This document shows positions 41,975 to 55,672 of a stretch of DNA of 64,000 bases, piece after piece. The stretch spans positions 1,028,027 through 1,092,026 of the forward strand of contig NW_003314305.1 of the NCBI RefSeq assembly GCF_000143415.4. The letters are read 5' to 3'. The position numbers were made by a program, and so were the translations under genes. The stretch comes from Selaginella moellendorffii. Taxonomy: Eukaryota; Plantae; Lycopodiophyta. The first letter of the stretch is position 1. Every line of letters starts with the position of its first letter. The notes under the pieces are model-generated. The model saw only the letters and a program-made list of their open reading frames with translations. It ran no database searches and was not told the origin of the DNA.

Positions 41975-43003
41975 CTAGACCATCTTTCAGCATGCTGACT
42001 AGATTTCCATGGCACACTTCATTTACAAATACATCATATGCCACTTCAGCGTCCCTACAATCCTCATTTCAAATCATGGTTACACTTTCCTTGGGTAAGT
42101 CACACAATGGCTCCTCCAGCTCTTACAGGTGCATCATATGAAGAGTAGTAGTTACTACCCCCAGTTGAATAGCTAAGCTAAGTCCAGCTTTAAGCTTGGG
42201 CATGGGATCTTCTCAAACTCAATGAGCAACCTGTGTAGCAACCAATCACCTTTTTGCCACCATGTGCAAGTACAAGGGACAGCGTGATCAATTCTGATGG
42301 GATGACCTTTTCCCACAGGACAGTTTGTGATGCTCCAGGATTTTAGGATTTTGCACCTTCTGCAAAATTCTCTCCCAGGTGGCTTGGTACTTTTTACTAC
42401 TTTTCTACACTATATCATATATTCACCATATGCTTTATTCATCATTCAAGAAGCCATCCTGATGTTTGAGAGCATATTTACTCAAAGAACAATTTGAGAA
42501 AAGAACAGGTATTGTACCTCAAGTGCCACTAGTTCGAGCTCGTGATCAATCTTGGAAATCTTTCTTAAATCAGCATCCCCGGCCGAGGAGAGCCTAGGAC
42601 GACCACGGGAAGCGGCCCTCTCCGGGAAAGCACCGGGCCGGACGCAGCAGTCCGAACCAGAATCCACGTACTTGGTTCATCAGCTTCAACCTAGTTGTTG
42701 CAATGGCACTTTGAATTTGAACTGAAAACAGCATATTAGTGCGAGCATTTTGATCACCAATTTGATTCTAAGAGAGAATAACACTATACAGAAACCGCAA
42801 CAACAACTGCCAGTTGTAGATTGTGATTATTCTCTGCAATCTGACGATGGAGCAGCTCGAAACCATCATCTTCGCACTTGCTGTAAGAAATTCTCATCAG
42901 CAGCCTCATTTAGACAAAGAAGCAGCAAGAAAATATTGATACCATACCTGAATTGCAGCAGCAGCCAATCCGGCAACTCGGGAAGTCTTGGACGATTCAC
43001 CAT
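41975..43003 (-). pseudogene. Possible multi-exon gene or pseudogene of unknown family
   Basis: Short exon-like blocks, most with GT/AG edges (MVNRPRLPELPDWLLLQF; QIQSAIATTRLKLMNQ; DADLRKISKIDHELELVALE; DAEVAYDVFVNEVCHGNLVSMLKD); at least one stop. Confidence 0.35.
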
Positions 43004-43079
43004 GCACTAGAAGATTGGGGGTTTTTCTTAACTTTCTATTGACTTTCTATTGAGAACGCTGTTGAGCATCTACTGATGT

Positions 43080-44100
43080 GTTTGCTATCACAAGCTTGGT
43101 CGCGCAAACCTCTCAATCTCTTTTCAACTACATTCCATAGCCAAGCACTCAGCTGGATCAAGAGGATGGTTTTATCAACTTGGGTGTTTTTCTTCTTCTT
43201 GAAGCTACCTGAAGTATCATGCTTCTCAGCTAAGACGAAAAATTTGAGATTCTACGACAGGTGGAATGCTGAAAACCTACCATCACGATATTATCAACAA
43301 GAAAAGCCGTAAAGAATGCCAAGGCTCAAAGCTATCTGCACAAAACAAGATGTAAAAGTAGGAAAAAGAAAGACTGGTTCTCACTTACCAAATGCATGGC
43401 ATGCGAAGTTCTTTCAATGAATTCTCATTTTCAGAGATCTTGCTACAAGACCAAAAGAGGAAATGAACCTAAAGAAACTCGTAACATTTAAGGCCGATAC
43501 CATTGCTATGGTCCATTGGAGTAACAGTGGGTTTGTGCTTAGCTTGAAACTATATACCTCCAAGAATTGTCAAAAACAGGATATCTAGAAAATTTCGAAC
43601 TTAGCAAACAGAACAATGAACTTGATGCATAAACACCAACAAGCTCATGAACTAATCCTGCAATGGGGTGAAAAAAGCTCACAGGTCTTACAAAAAAAAT
43701 TTCAAAAGTGAGAGACAACAAAACGTACCGAGGCTTTGCAAAGAGCAGTAGCACTTCCAATCACTCCTGCTACCTTCAAAAAGTTACCATCACCTCAAAA
43801 AGAAAAAAGAAAATAAAATAACAAGGAAAAAAAAGAAAAAGAGCAAGCAAAGAAAGAAAGAAAAAACTTTGGAGTCATTTTTGTTAACCTCAAACAAAGA
43901 CGTAACTAATCTTTTGCGAGAGTCAGGCTCTTGCTACCGAGACCTGGACAAGAAAAAAATCAACACAAGAATGTAAGCTCTTTCCCTCGTTCTTTTTTGT
44001 GGTTACCTACCAAACCAAAGATCCACAACTCCGGTTTTGTTTCAAGATGGAACCTCGATAATAAGTTATATCAATCATTAAGAGAGCATGGTTATTACAA
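43080..44100 (-). pseudogene. murJ: MurJ 5' partial duplicate (pseudogene)
   Basis: Collinear with ~37780-39050, with many deletions. Confidence 0.85.
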
Positions 44101-44115
44101 TGATAAGCGCTGAGA

Positions 44116-44152
44116 AATCCTGAGGTCGAGAGTTCGAACCTCTCTCATCCCA
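44116..44152 (+). pseudogene. 3' half of tRNA-Met(e)
   Basis: AATCCTGAGGTCGAGAGTTCGAACCTCTCTCATCCCA followed by TTTT; intact B-box. Confidence 0.7.
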
Positions 44153-44496
44153 TTTTACTCATCCCACAAGCACTTAGACGACTTGGAATAGCAAACCTTG
44201 TCTTTAATAAATGCCCACTTTGGGTACTTGAACCCATTGACTAGAATCTTCTACAAAGTCAGTGTTGTTTAGTGGTTAGAATTCCATGTCTCCTTCATTG
44301 AATTCAAATTTTGAAAAAGATTGTAGTTGCTAACTGCTAACCGACAAATCCTTGAGAAGTTCCAGCTTAACAATAGTTTCACGATTAACAATAGTTTCAC
44401 CACAGTTGTCATTTGTCACCAGTTGGAAGCACATGAAGCTAGACCATTAAAATATAAATTATCGCACTTCCAACCACATAGGTATCTTCTTGAGCT

Positions 44497-45650
44497 ATGG
44501 TGGACTCTTGCAATCAGTAAGTGTCTAGAGGAAGTTCTTTCATCACCTGACTAGTCTCTTGGAATGCTCTTCCTGGATCCAAATCTTCAATATAAGATGG
44601 TGGTCTAAAGATACAATTGCTGTGGTGACTGGAAGCAACAAGGGGCTCGGATTTGGCATTGCTCAAGGCCTGGCACTCAAGGGCGTGATGACGGTCCTGA
44701 CTGCCAGAGACGAGCAGAGAGGGTTGGCAGCTCTGAATTCTCTCAAGCAGGATCAAAGGATCAATCCGGCAACACTTCAGTTCCACGTCTTGGACGTGAG
44801 AAGCCCATCATCCATCCAAAACTTTGCTAAATGGATTGAAAATAAGTTTGGTGGCTTAGATATTCTGGTATGTTCGAGGTTTCTCCTTTCTGGCACTACT
44901 AAATTAATTACAGGTCAACAATGCTGGAATCTCAAGAAATGAGCACTTGGGCAATCCAACAGTGGAGGGTTCCAAGGATGTTATAAGCACGAACTTCTAT
45001 GGAACCCGGATGGTGACCGAGTGCTTACTTCATCTAATGAGATCACAATCTCACCATGGAGCTCGCATCATCAACGTGAGTTCAGCAACAAGCCGGATGG
45101 ACGTAAGTCTATATAACTTCAAGCATCTTAACTATCTGGTGCACTTTAGGCTCTTCGAAACCAAACTGTGGTACAAAAGGTTTCCAAGCTCTCAATGGAA
45201 ACTTTGGATGAAGTGGTAGGCGAATTTATAGAGGACGTGGAACATGGCCGACTTATAGTAAAAGGGTGGACCGGGATCTTTGGAGCATACGACTACTGCT
45301 TATCAAAGCTTCTTCTGAATGCTTACTCAAGAGTGCTGGCAAGGGATCTCTCTAAACAGGGTGGTAAATTCTTTGTGAATTGCATGTGTCCAGGTCTGAC
45401 TAGCACAGATATGTCAAGGAATAATGGCCATTCGGCTCAAATTGGGGCCGACACTGTCATTTGGTTGGCATTGCTTCCAGCCTCCAAATCTACAACAGGG
45501 CGGTTTTTTTCCAACAGACAAGACGTTGGTTTTGATCACATTCCTCTCTACTTGGAGAAAGGTACTTCTTCAAAGCTTCTGGACGAGTTTGATGAGTGTA
45601 TTAGAACATCTATGCCTCCATTGCATCCTGTGTTTCTCAAAATGTATTAG
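44497..45650 (+). CDS. SDR carbonyl-reductase-like (copy 3, diverged, opposite strand)
   Basis: TGSNKGLG, NNAG, YCLSK; same intron positions as copies 1 and 2. Confidence 0.92.
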
Positions 45651-47847
45651 TTCTAACAATGTCTAAACCAAACCAGAATAGCTTGATGATTGTACTGCTG
45701 ATCGCTCAATAAGAAAGAGAACTGACTCAGTTTGCCATTGCTAAAGCAATAGTTTGTTCCCAGCCACCTGTCGTCTCTTCCGGTATGCTTGGTCATTGTG
45801 AAGTGCCGCATAACCTGGTACCTGGCACTATCCAAAGAAAACATTGTATTAGCCAACCGATTCAATGGGAAGCCAAGTGTTAAAGCTATATGGCCCTTTG
45901 TTATTGATTTTGTCACTCAAATGGTGCTAAAAACAAAGCTAGGTGTGTAAAATGAAAGCATTTGAGCAATGTGCTAAGATCTGTGTTATGGCAGAGAAGC
46001 TACAGGGCAAACAAATTTAACCTGAGATGACTCCATTCTCCAAATCAGCACTGTACATTCTCCAAATCAACGCTATATTCTTGTTTGCAAGAGACACTGC
46101 AATGTGTAATGCACACCCACGTTTTTGAGCTTAAGATCTGTAGTAGACATTCACCTCCTGCAGTAGGTCTGTTATAGTGGGTGCTTAGCAGTAGCACCCA
46201 CTGGATGCTACTGCTTACCAAATGTTGCATGTATATAAATGATAATATAAGCACATTTGGTGGTGAATTACGAATAATTTTCTTGAAGTGCTAAATGATA
46301 TTGTTGATATCAGTTTATCTTCTATTGCTCGACCTATTACCACATACATTTTTGCTCTTTGGGAAGTGATCCTTGTTTAGTGTTTTAAGGATATAATACA
46401 TGAGGTGTTGCTAATTGAAACCACAACCCATTTCATATAGTGATCTTAGTGCTAAATGATACAAGAGCAATTTGCAAGCAAATAACATTGTATGCTGTAT
46501 AGGAAGCTAAATGGAGATATTTGGAAATTATAAAAGGAAATTTCTTGTTTATCATATTTTTAGCCTAAACTGGTATAGAAAGAAGTTTGCAACCTTTTCC
46601 CAGAAATTCTAGTGGATAGAGTTGTATGCCACAGCTGGCTCACGTAACTCTAGTTTCCATGCTTGTGGTCCATTAATATACTTTGGTCTAGCTGGGCACT
46701 AAAATACATTTGGTAGCACGCATTATAAAGTGGGTACTATAAAGAACATAAAGGTATGAATATTAGTGAGTGACAACACTTATTAAAAAGTAAAGATGTC
46801 CCAAGAGGTCACATACACTCAAATCCAAGAATGTTGAATTCCATATATCTCAAAAACCTTAAATAATGAAAAAAAAAGGTGCACTCTTATTCATGAACCT
46901 TTCCTAATACCTTTTAAATTAATAAATGATCTTTCAAGTTATTCTTTTTGGTTTCTTACAACTAAACACCCATAATAAAGAACTATTGCAAGAGAGTGAA
47001 GGGCTTCCTATCAATAATCACTATAATTTTAATTTCAAAAACTTATTTTGATAGGTATTACAAATATTTGAAAGTATCATATCATGTACCTTGCTTGATG
47101 AGCCTGATCCCAATCTCCTTAAGAAATCAAAGTGTTTATCAAAGAGAAATTTGCTATACATTCTTTGTTTCACTACTTTGTTGTACCATCTTTAATTTTA
47201 GAAAGGCAATGCATCAAGTAGAGGGAAAACAAAAGGAAATTTCATGTATGAATGCTTAGAGCACTAGACACTCAAAAAAATTATGTGGTTTTTAGCATTT
47301 TAGGAGATTCTAGTGGTAGAATGTAAAAGAATTTTTAATCATGATGGCTCTATTACAAGTTTGACAATACCACGCACATTTTAATGCTTAATCACATTCA
47401 CTCTCAATTTGGATCACAAAGATTATTGAGAAACTTTTTTTATCACACATGCTCAAAGTGTTAAATTTCCTGTAATGAAACCATTCATTAAAATTCACTA
47501 CTTTATGAGACAATGATATAAAATCATTAATAGACTAGACATGTTAGACATACCCAGATCTCGATCTTAAATGTTATTATATTATTTAATATTTAAATAT
47601 TTTTAATTAAAACGATATTCTTATCTATCTTAAAACCAACTTATATAATATTACTTTTTTTATTTCTTTATTTTCATACATTTTAAGCAAATGATAGAGT
47701 TGTGTTCTTTGCACTGATTTATATAATTCTGTACATGTTGATCTTAATTCTCAATGTCATCTTAGATAATTAACACTAATTTAATTTCAAATTAAATTGA
47801 AGAATAGAAAGAGAAAAATATAAAATTTAATATTGAGAATTTTAAAT

Positions 47848-49624
47848 TTATACTATATGAGAATTAAACAACAAAGAATAAGCATATGATGCTTCATGAC
47901 TTCTCGATAGAATCTCTAAAACATGCTGACCAATTCTAGAATTTTGCTTGGAATCCTTATAATTTCTACAAGAAGATAACAAACATGCCCACTCCACAAC
48001 CCCTGGAACATATGGCATTGAATTTATAAGCTCCTCAGCACTATCCAGATAACCCACTCGACACAACAAATCAACCATACATCTGAAGTGCTGATGTGTG
48101 GCTTCAATTTTGTAGTCCAAACCCATTGACATAAAGATTGTCTTCCCAAGCATTAAGTTTCCTTCTCCACTACAAGCAGCTAACACAGAGAGGAAACACA
48201 GTTGCTCAGGGATATCCACACACTTGAGCAAATCAAACAAAGCAACTGCCTCTTTGCAACACCCAGTGCTAGTATTTGCCCCAATCATCGAGCTCCAAGC
48301 TATTATATCTTTTTCAGGCATTAAATTGAAGATTCTTCTTACTTCTACAAGGTTTCCGCTTCTTTGGTGAGCAGTCAGTAGGCAACTCCATGAAGCTCTA
48401 TTGTGGTCAGGCATCTTGTCAAATAAAGATTTAACTTGGTCAATATGCCCAAGAGCAGCATATCCCGATAACAAGGAATTCCAGCTCCGAATGTTCCACT
48501 CAGGCATTACATCAAAGACGTGCTTCGCCTCATCGAGTCTGCCATTGTGGATATACCCAGCCAAGATAGCAGACCAAGAAACAAAATTCCTTTCTCTCAT
48601 CCCAAGAAAGATACTTTTAGATTCTTCAAGGTGTCCTGCTTGAGAGAAAGCTGATAGGAGAGCAGTCGAGGATGCAAGGTTGTGCTCGGGCATATTCTCA
48701 AACAAAGTCTTTGACTTGTGTAATTGCCCCTCTTGGGCATATGCTGCAAGAACGGCTGTCCAGGAAACAACATTTGTTTGAGGCATGGCATCAAAAACTT
48801 TTTGTATCATTTCAAGAGAACTGTAACCAGTTAGCAACGCAGTCCAGGAAATAAGGTCATGTTGTGGCATAGAGTCGAAAAGTTCTTGAGTTTTTACTGG
48901 ATGCCCATTTTGAGCATATGCTGCTAATATACATGTCCACGAAAGCATATTCCACATAGGCATCTCGTCAAACATGTCCTTTGCCCTGTCAAAAAAATCA
49001 TGCTCCGAGTACGATCCTATCATTGCCGTACAGGACTTCATTGTGGCCACGGGCANNNNNNNNNNNNNNNNNNNNNNNNNNNNNNNNNNNNNNNNNNNNN
49101 NNNNNNNNNNNNNNNNNNNNNNNNNNNNNNNNNNNNNNNNNNNNNNNNNNNNNNNCAAGATGCCCAGATTTGGCATATGCTGAAACAATAGCGTTCCAAG
49201 AGACAAGATCCCACTGGGGCATAGAGTTAAATAATTGGTCAGCTTCAAGCATACATCCGTTTTTAGAATATGCGGTGAGCATTGCATTCCAAGAGACAAT
49301 GTTCTTCTCAGGGATCTCCTGAAAGATTTTCTCCGATTTTTCCAGATGCCCATTCTTGGCATAGGTAGAAAGCATAATCACCCACGAGTGAGCGTCCCGA
49401 GCATGCATGCTATCGAAAACCTCTCGCGAGTTTCTGCTGCCAAATCTCCCAAACATCTCTAGGAGCTTGTTGCAGAGGATGGTGTCATTGGGATCGAATG
49501 TCTGCGCCCGAATTTCCAGAGCTTGGTGGATCGTCTTGCAGGATTGCATCTCCAGGAACCATTCTCTCCTGCTAGCGAAGGGAGTGTGACAAGCTACAGT
49601 TCTATCCTGGTTTATAAAGGGCAT
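47848..49624 (-). CDS. PLS-class PPR protein with E-type C-terminus, no DYW (spans an assembly gap; 5' end uncertain)
   Basis: Repeated ~31-aa SW..L.AY...G....A...FD.MP motifs; HFRCMVDLLCRVGYLDSAEELINSMP..W..LLSSC. Confidence 0.8.
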
Positions 49625-49741
49625 TATACTTGAGCAAAATGCCCCGTTCTTGGCATAAGCCAAAGGTGCTGTTTAAACTGGGATCCTTTCCCTTTTATTT
49701 TCAAGCTAGGGGAATTCTTCAAAAGATATCCTTACCATCCA

Positions 49742-50720
49742 GGAGAGCGGCTTGTCTCGTGGTTAGAATCCTGTGCATTTGTTGCAGTGTTTGCTGGCGA
49801 AGATCCTCCAAAGAATTATCAGCGAGAAAGAAAGATCGCGGCTCGCGTTACGTACGAACAATGTCAAGCTTTCCCATCGCCATGGCCATTTGTCCCATGT
49901 AGTTCGCTACGTTGGGGGAGTTTCCTAGAGAGCCCGGCAACCAGTGTATCGAGCTTCCATCCCTTGCGAGAGAGCGTCCTCGGCTCGGCCTGCTGTGACG
50001 ACTGCAAATTCCTAAAAGCTGCTGCTCGGTGAGAGGCTCGAGCTGTGGAATCAAAAGCTGGAAACAAAGAAAACCACGGATCAAACATCCAAGCCAAGCA
50101 GATCAAGTATCAAGAGTCAAAATCTGGAAACAAAGAAAACCATCGATCAGTATATGGAAACAAAGACCCAAGCTAAAACAAACTGAAGGACCAAATGACC
50201 TGAAGCACATAAAACACCTATCGGCGGGAGTTTTCCACATCCCAGAGACGAAGTGGAAGACATCGGCTTTGGCAGCCACGCCTTTAAGGCGGAAGAGTTC
50301 GTCGTAATGCGACATAAAGCCATCGACAAGAACGCGAAGCTTGTTGTCAGCCATGTGTGCTTGCAAGCCGGCTCGGAGCTCGCCAACTTGCCTTTGGTGT
50401 TCTTCCATCCATCGCGCATGTCAAATGCCAAGCACCTAAGGGGAAGAAAAAATCTCGAGATAAACTTTCGGAACTTTAAAAGCTTGGAGCAGCATTGGTA
50501 TTGTTGTTGCTGCCTCCATTTTGATCGCTGACGAGCCTCCAAAGTAAAACCCCTGGAGCAAGCTGGTTTAATTTATTTGTGCTGGACTCTAGTTGTTCCA
50601 CATACGACTCATCCTTAGAAAGCTTTACCATGGAACCTGCATTCCTGTTGGTGTCATGAACAGTGGAAACTATCCTTAAAAGGAAGCAAAACTTTTTCTA
50701 TTGCAAAGAAATCGAGGAGG
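49742..50720 (-). pseudogene. TGA bZIP duplicate fragment
   Basis: Collinear with 53170-54470, with deletions and frameshifts. Confidence 0.88.
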
Positions 50721-50959
50721 ATTGTTGGAGAAGGCTCCAGCTGTGGAAGGAAAAGAAAAAAAAAGGAAGAGCGCGGTACCTTGTATGAATCATATCATCG
50801 ATCGTTCACTTTCCACGCGACTTTAATGTTTCCACTTCAGTACCAACAGCAGATGGCTCCAAGCTCAGTAACGATGAGACGAGATCTAGAAGAGCTGCTG
50901 TTCTTTGGGAGCGAAGACCTCCACCTTCTTCCCACCCACATTTGCTTCTGGAACAAAGT

Positions 50960-51290
50960 CACATAGTTTAAGTGTAGCTGGAAGTACGTGGCCATCAGAC
51001 ATATAACTTCTTCACGAAGTAGCAAACAGATCTTCATTGTCGCGGTTTTATGTCGAGGTGCAGGACACCGTGTGAGTGTATGTGAGATCCAGACCCGACA
51101 CAACTTGGCGTATAAAACACCACACTTGAACAAAACCTATGATCTATGAAATGCAAGCTAGAAGTTTGTATGTACCTTGTTCTCGTCAATTGCCTATTGC
51201 AGCATCCAGATAGTTGCGAGAGAGGCCGTCGTCCCATCTGGATGCCATCCTCAAGATTTTACGTTGACTTTGTGTCTCCCTATGAAAGTC
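50960..51290 (-). pseudogene. Protein kinase fragment
   Basis: VWCFIRQVVSGL/(frameshift)IHSHGVLHLDIKP catalytic-loop region; related fragment on + at ~59610-59760. Confidence 0.55.
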
Positions 51291-51949
51291 TGCTTGCTGA
51301 TCATTTTCATAGCACAGAGCACGTCACGAGCTTCATACACGTTGCGGAAAAAAAGACGAGGATGTTTGATGTCCTGGCTATGGACAATGCGTTCATGTAC
51401 CTTGCTTGACGAGCCTCTCGCAGAAAATCGAAGTGCTTATCAAAGAGAAAGTTGCTAAACGTTCTCTGTTTCACTCAATCTGCTTTATCGTACCATCTCT
51501 TTACCTCTGTACATCGAGTAAGGAAAAAGAAAGAGAGAGGATAAAACCTTTCCGTGGAGCACCGATGACAATGCGTAGTTCTTGGCGTTCTTGGAGATTC
51601 GTGGAAACTGTACTGCTCCATTTCCTCCACCGGCTGCTACTTGAAACTTACGTCAGAATATGCCACAAGAATTCTCTCTGGAACCTAGAATGCTAGAGAG
51701 AACCCTCTATTTTGCAGGGATCCAAGTTCCAAAGTGAGCCATTGGTGATCGAGTGTGTTCTTGGCCCTGAGTTTTTATTGTCTTCCCTGATAATTTACAT
51801 TAAATTTGAGTAGAAATGATTATATGAGAAGGTTTGAACTTGAACAGCAAGTTAAAAAAACATCAATAACACAAGAGAAAACACTGAACTCAGAGTTGAT
51901 TTTGTGTATGGTTGTAGCAAAGTATGAAGATCATGGCTTGCTCTGGAAG

Positions 51950-52160
51950 GGGGACAGTGATTTCCTTCCAGGAGATCCAACCACTGCTGCTGCGAAAGTC
52001 GCTGCTGCTGCTTGATCGCTGCGTGCCAGTCTTTGGAGGGGCATAGCGTGGGTAATGGGAGGAAATTGATGAGGCGGTATTGGATCTTCAGGGGAAGCCC
52101 CGACCAGATGGAAGGATCCAATTTCCTGCTCTTCTTGTCGACCATCCTATTCGGCATATC
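51950..52160 (-). pseudogene. F-box gene 5' fragment
   Basis: KKSRKLDPSIWSGLPLKIQYRLINFLPLPTLC; deleted paralog of 57941-59168. Confidence 0.8.
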
Positions 52161-52239
52161 ATTGTTCTTGCCCTATATTATTCCCTCCCTTAAATAGGCT
52201 TAGTTTCGAAAAGGAAACCTTAGTCTATACAAAACAGCA

Positions 52240-52732
52240 TATTCCACATAGTTATTTCGCCAAACATGTACTTTGCCCGCGTACGAGCTTATCATTGCCG
52301 TGCAAGACTTCAATGTAAGTAAAATCTAGCCTTTTCTAGATGCGCTCCGTTCGCCGCGGATGCCCATTCTTGGCATAGCATAATCACCCACGAGTGAGCG
52401 TCCCGAGCATGCATGCTATCAAAACCCTCTCTTGAGTTTTGCAGAGGGTGGTATTCCTGGGATCAAATGTCTGCGCTCGAATTTCCAGCGCTTGGTGGGT
52501 CTTTGTTGCAGGATTGCATCTCCAGGAGCCATTCTCTCCTGCTAACGACGGGATTGTCAAGAGTTCTCATGCAAGCCACGGTTCTATCCAGGGCATTATG
52601 CTTGAGCAAAATGCCCGCTCTTGAAGAGGTCGCGCCACTCAAGAATTGCCCCCGTACGTACCCAAAGCCAGAAGATATTCCTTTGAGGCATGCTTTGCAT
52701 GGACGGATAATGTCCGCTTGCAAGCTGGCCAC
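52240..52732 (-). pseudogene. PPR gene 5' fragment
   Basis: Homologous to 48950-49650 with large deletions; keeps an ATG-initiated N-terminus MASLQADIIRP. Confidence 0.8.
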
Positions 52733-53090
52733 TTCCGTACACTTACAGCTCCAGTCCTCGAGGTAAAGTTATGTATGTGAATCCAAAGCCGCAGACTACG
52801 GCGTATAGCTGGCTCTACAGTACAAAAGCGAAAAATTCTGGAAAAAAGAAAAACAATTGGAAAGCAAAAACTCGGAGAAAACCAACCAACCAGTTTACAG
52901 TTTAAACAGCTTTTGATATCATACACCCGTGAATCGTGATGTTTTTCCTTTCACGTGAACACTTTGGCTATTTCCTGTGAAGCAAAGCAAAGCAAAGCAA
53001 AAACAATGAAGGAAAAGCATCGCCAGCTTTGAGGAGCTCTTACTTTGTTTATGGAGCCCGCGAAGAACTTCTCTTTGCGATCGAGATACT

Positions 53091-54762
53091 TCACTCCCTG
53101 GGCCGCGCCGACCATAGAGAACTTAGAGCTCGCAGCCTCGCGAAGTAGTCCCCCATCGCAAGGAGCCCCCGAGCGGCTTGTCTCGTGGTTAGAATCCTGT
53201 GCATTTGCTGCAGCGTTTGCTGGCGGAGATTATCTGCCTGCGCCAAAGAATTATCAGCGAGAAAGAAAGATCGCGGCTCGCGTTACCTGGCGAACAAAGT
53301 TCTCGAGAGTTCCGAGCTTTCCCATTGCCATGGCCATTTGTCCCATGTAGTTCGCTACGTTGGGGGAGTTTCCCAGAGAGCCGGCAGCCAGTGTGTCCGC
53401 GAGTGATTGCTGGAGAGCTTCCATCCCTTGCGAGAGAGCGTCCTCGGCCTGCTGTGACGACTGCTGTAAGTTACAAATTCCTAAAAGCTGCTGCTCGGTG
53501 AGAGGCTCGAGCTGTGGAATCAATATCTGGAGACAAACAAAACCATCGATCAGTATATGGAAAACGATGGAAACGAAGACTCAAGCTAAGAAAAAAACTG
53601 AAAGACCAAGTACCTTGAGAAGTTCTGATGGCCTGAAGCCACCCATCCACATAAAACACCTCTCGGCGGGAGTTTTCCACATCCCAGAGACGAGGTGGAA
53701 GACATCGGCTTTCGCAGCAACGCCTTTAAGGCGGAAGAGTTCGTCGTAATGCGACATAAAGCCGTCGACTAGAACACGAAGCTCGTTGTCAGCCATGTGT
53801 GCTTGCAAGCCGGATCGGAGCTCGCTAACTTGCCTCTGGTGTTCTTCCATCCATCGCGCGTAGTCCATGTCAAATGCCAATGCACCTGGGACAAACAAAA
53901 ACTCTGATGAGATCAACTTTCGGAAGTTCAGAAGTTTGGACTGACCAGAGTTTGCAGCATTGGTATTGTTGGTGTTGCCTCCATTTTGATCGCTGGACGA
54001 GCCTCCAAAGTAAAACCCCTGCAGATTATTCTATGAGTTTGGAGGAGAAAAATAGATTTCTATGATTGCCTGTTGTCGAGCACGTTGGAGCTCTTGTTCA
54101 AGCTGGTTTAATTTAATTCTGCTGGACTCTAGTTGCTGCACATACGCCTGGACACCACTTCGAAGATTTAGAACTCACTGAAGATTCCTTTTTCTATAGA
54201 AAACACACCTTTTTCCTTAGCCGGCTCTTGCGTGCTGCTTCTCGGTTTTGCGCGAGTCTCCTCAGCGTCTGCAAACAAAGAAACTCGTGAAAACTGATCC
54301 AGCACGCTTAGAAAGCCCTACCTTGGTATCTGCATTCTTGTTGGTGTCATGAACAGTGGAAACTATAGCTGATTTTCCGGCCTTGAAACACAAGCAAAAC
54401 TTTAGCGCATTTCCAAGAGAAAGAGAAAGAACTCCTTGCAAAGAAACTCGAGGAGGATTGGATACCTTTGGGGAAGGCTCAACGTCTGTGGAGTTGTCTG
54501 TAAGTGGACTGGTGTCAGCCATGCAAGGGTTGTCCCAGTTTGTGTTAGCGTTACTGTCGAGCTCCAAGTTCCTATCGGACGCAGCCTTTTGACGCGAGTA
54601 GTAAATCTCGGTCGAGTTCACGCTTGTAATGGACGCGGAAGTTGGCTGTGGATCACACAAACCAAGCAAAGCAAGCGTGAGAAGAAAAAACGAGAGATCC
54701 AAAAGGACGAAATGTACCTTGCTTGATCTAGGAGAATTGGACGGTCTTTGATCTGCAGCCAT
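53091..54762 (-). CDS. TGA: TGA-class (group D) bZIP transcription factor with DOG1 domain; extra 5' exons possible
   Basis: TLRRLAQNREAARKSRLRKK/AYVQQLESSRIKL; AAKADVFHLVSGMWKTPAERCFMWMGGFRPSELLK; ADNLRQQTL..RLRALSSLWSARPRE*. Confidence 0.93.
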
Positions 54763-55530
54763 ACCAAAAGGCTGCCAAAGTCACAAACATCACAAAGCTT
54801 AAACAAAGAAGTAGCTATGGAAGGAAGGAAAAGAAACAACGAAGAGAGCATCAGAGCGCAAGTGAGCAGCCATTTAGCAAAGCTTTGCTTGTCCTTCTCG
54901 GTGATTTGTTTGCTCATCACAGCCCAAGAGACTAGAGCTAGCAAAAACAAAGAGAAGAAAGAACTTATAACTTACATCTCTTTCTCACAGTCGTGGTGGT
55001 CTCCAGTCGAGGAAAAATCCCTTCTACAAAACACCACCACTTTAGCGAGAGAGAAGGAAAAATAAAAGAGAAAAATCTCGGCCATGATCCAAATTCCACT
55101 CACATTGTCTCCTCCATCAACAGGCAGCAAAAGCTCCACCTGGAAAGTAGGATCACACCACAAACGGGCATCAATCAACGAATTCGCCACACATTGCTCG
55201 CTCACCTGCGATTTCCAGCTTCATAGGATCAAACACCGATCAAACACGCCATCGCCGCGACACGGGAGAAAGAAAGCGCGCAAGAACCCTACTGCCCAGC
55301 CCCTAGGACGAGGGCGCCAGAGAGAATCCCATCTCCCATCCCCTCGGCATTGGAGAGGGAGAACGCTTGTTCTTCGCAGAGGCTATAGAGCTACTCTGGC
55401 TCCACTGGCTATGGAGGCAGCCCTCCATAATGCCATGCCATGCCCATCCATGGGTCCAGCATACATACATACTCATACCCATACATCCATGCACTTAATG
55501 GCGCCAGCATTAATGGGTGGCCCTAGACAA

Positions 55531-55570
55531 TGACACGTGGTAGCAAATCGCTGAAAGTGACGTGGCGACT
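55531..55570. promoter_or_regulatory. G-box (GACACGTGG) and TGACGTGG bZIP sites in divergent intergenic region
   Basis: TGACACGTGG at ~55531 and TGACGTGGC at ~55558, between head-to-head genes. Confidence 0.45.
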
Positions 55571-55672
55571 ATGACATGGTCCGAGAGATTCGAGATTCTT
55601 TTTCCCCAGGAATTTCGTACGGGCTTTTTAGGAATAAGGATAAGTGGCGAATATTCTGTCCCTTTTTTGGCG

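Noticed and set aside
48998-49362. Frameshift in the PPR gene
   Set aside because: The frame change falls across a 100-N gap of unknown true length
55409-55432. miRNA hairpin
   Set aside because: Only an 8-bp stem (TATGGAGG/CCTCCATA); too short for a precursor
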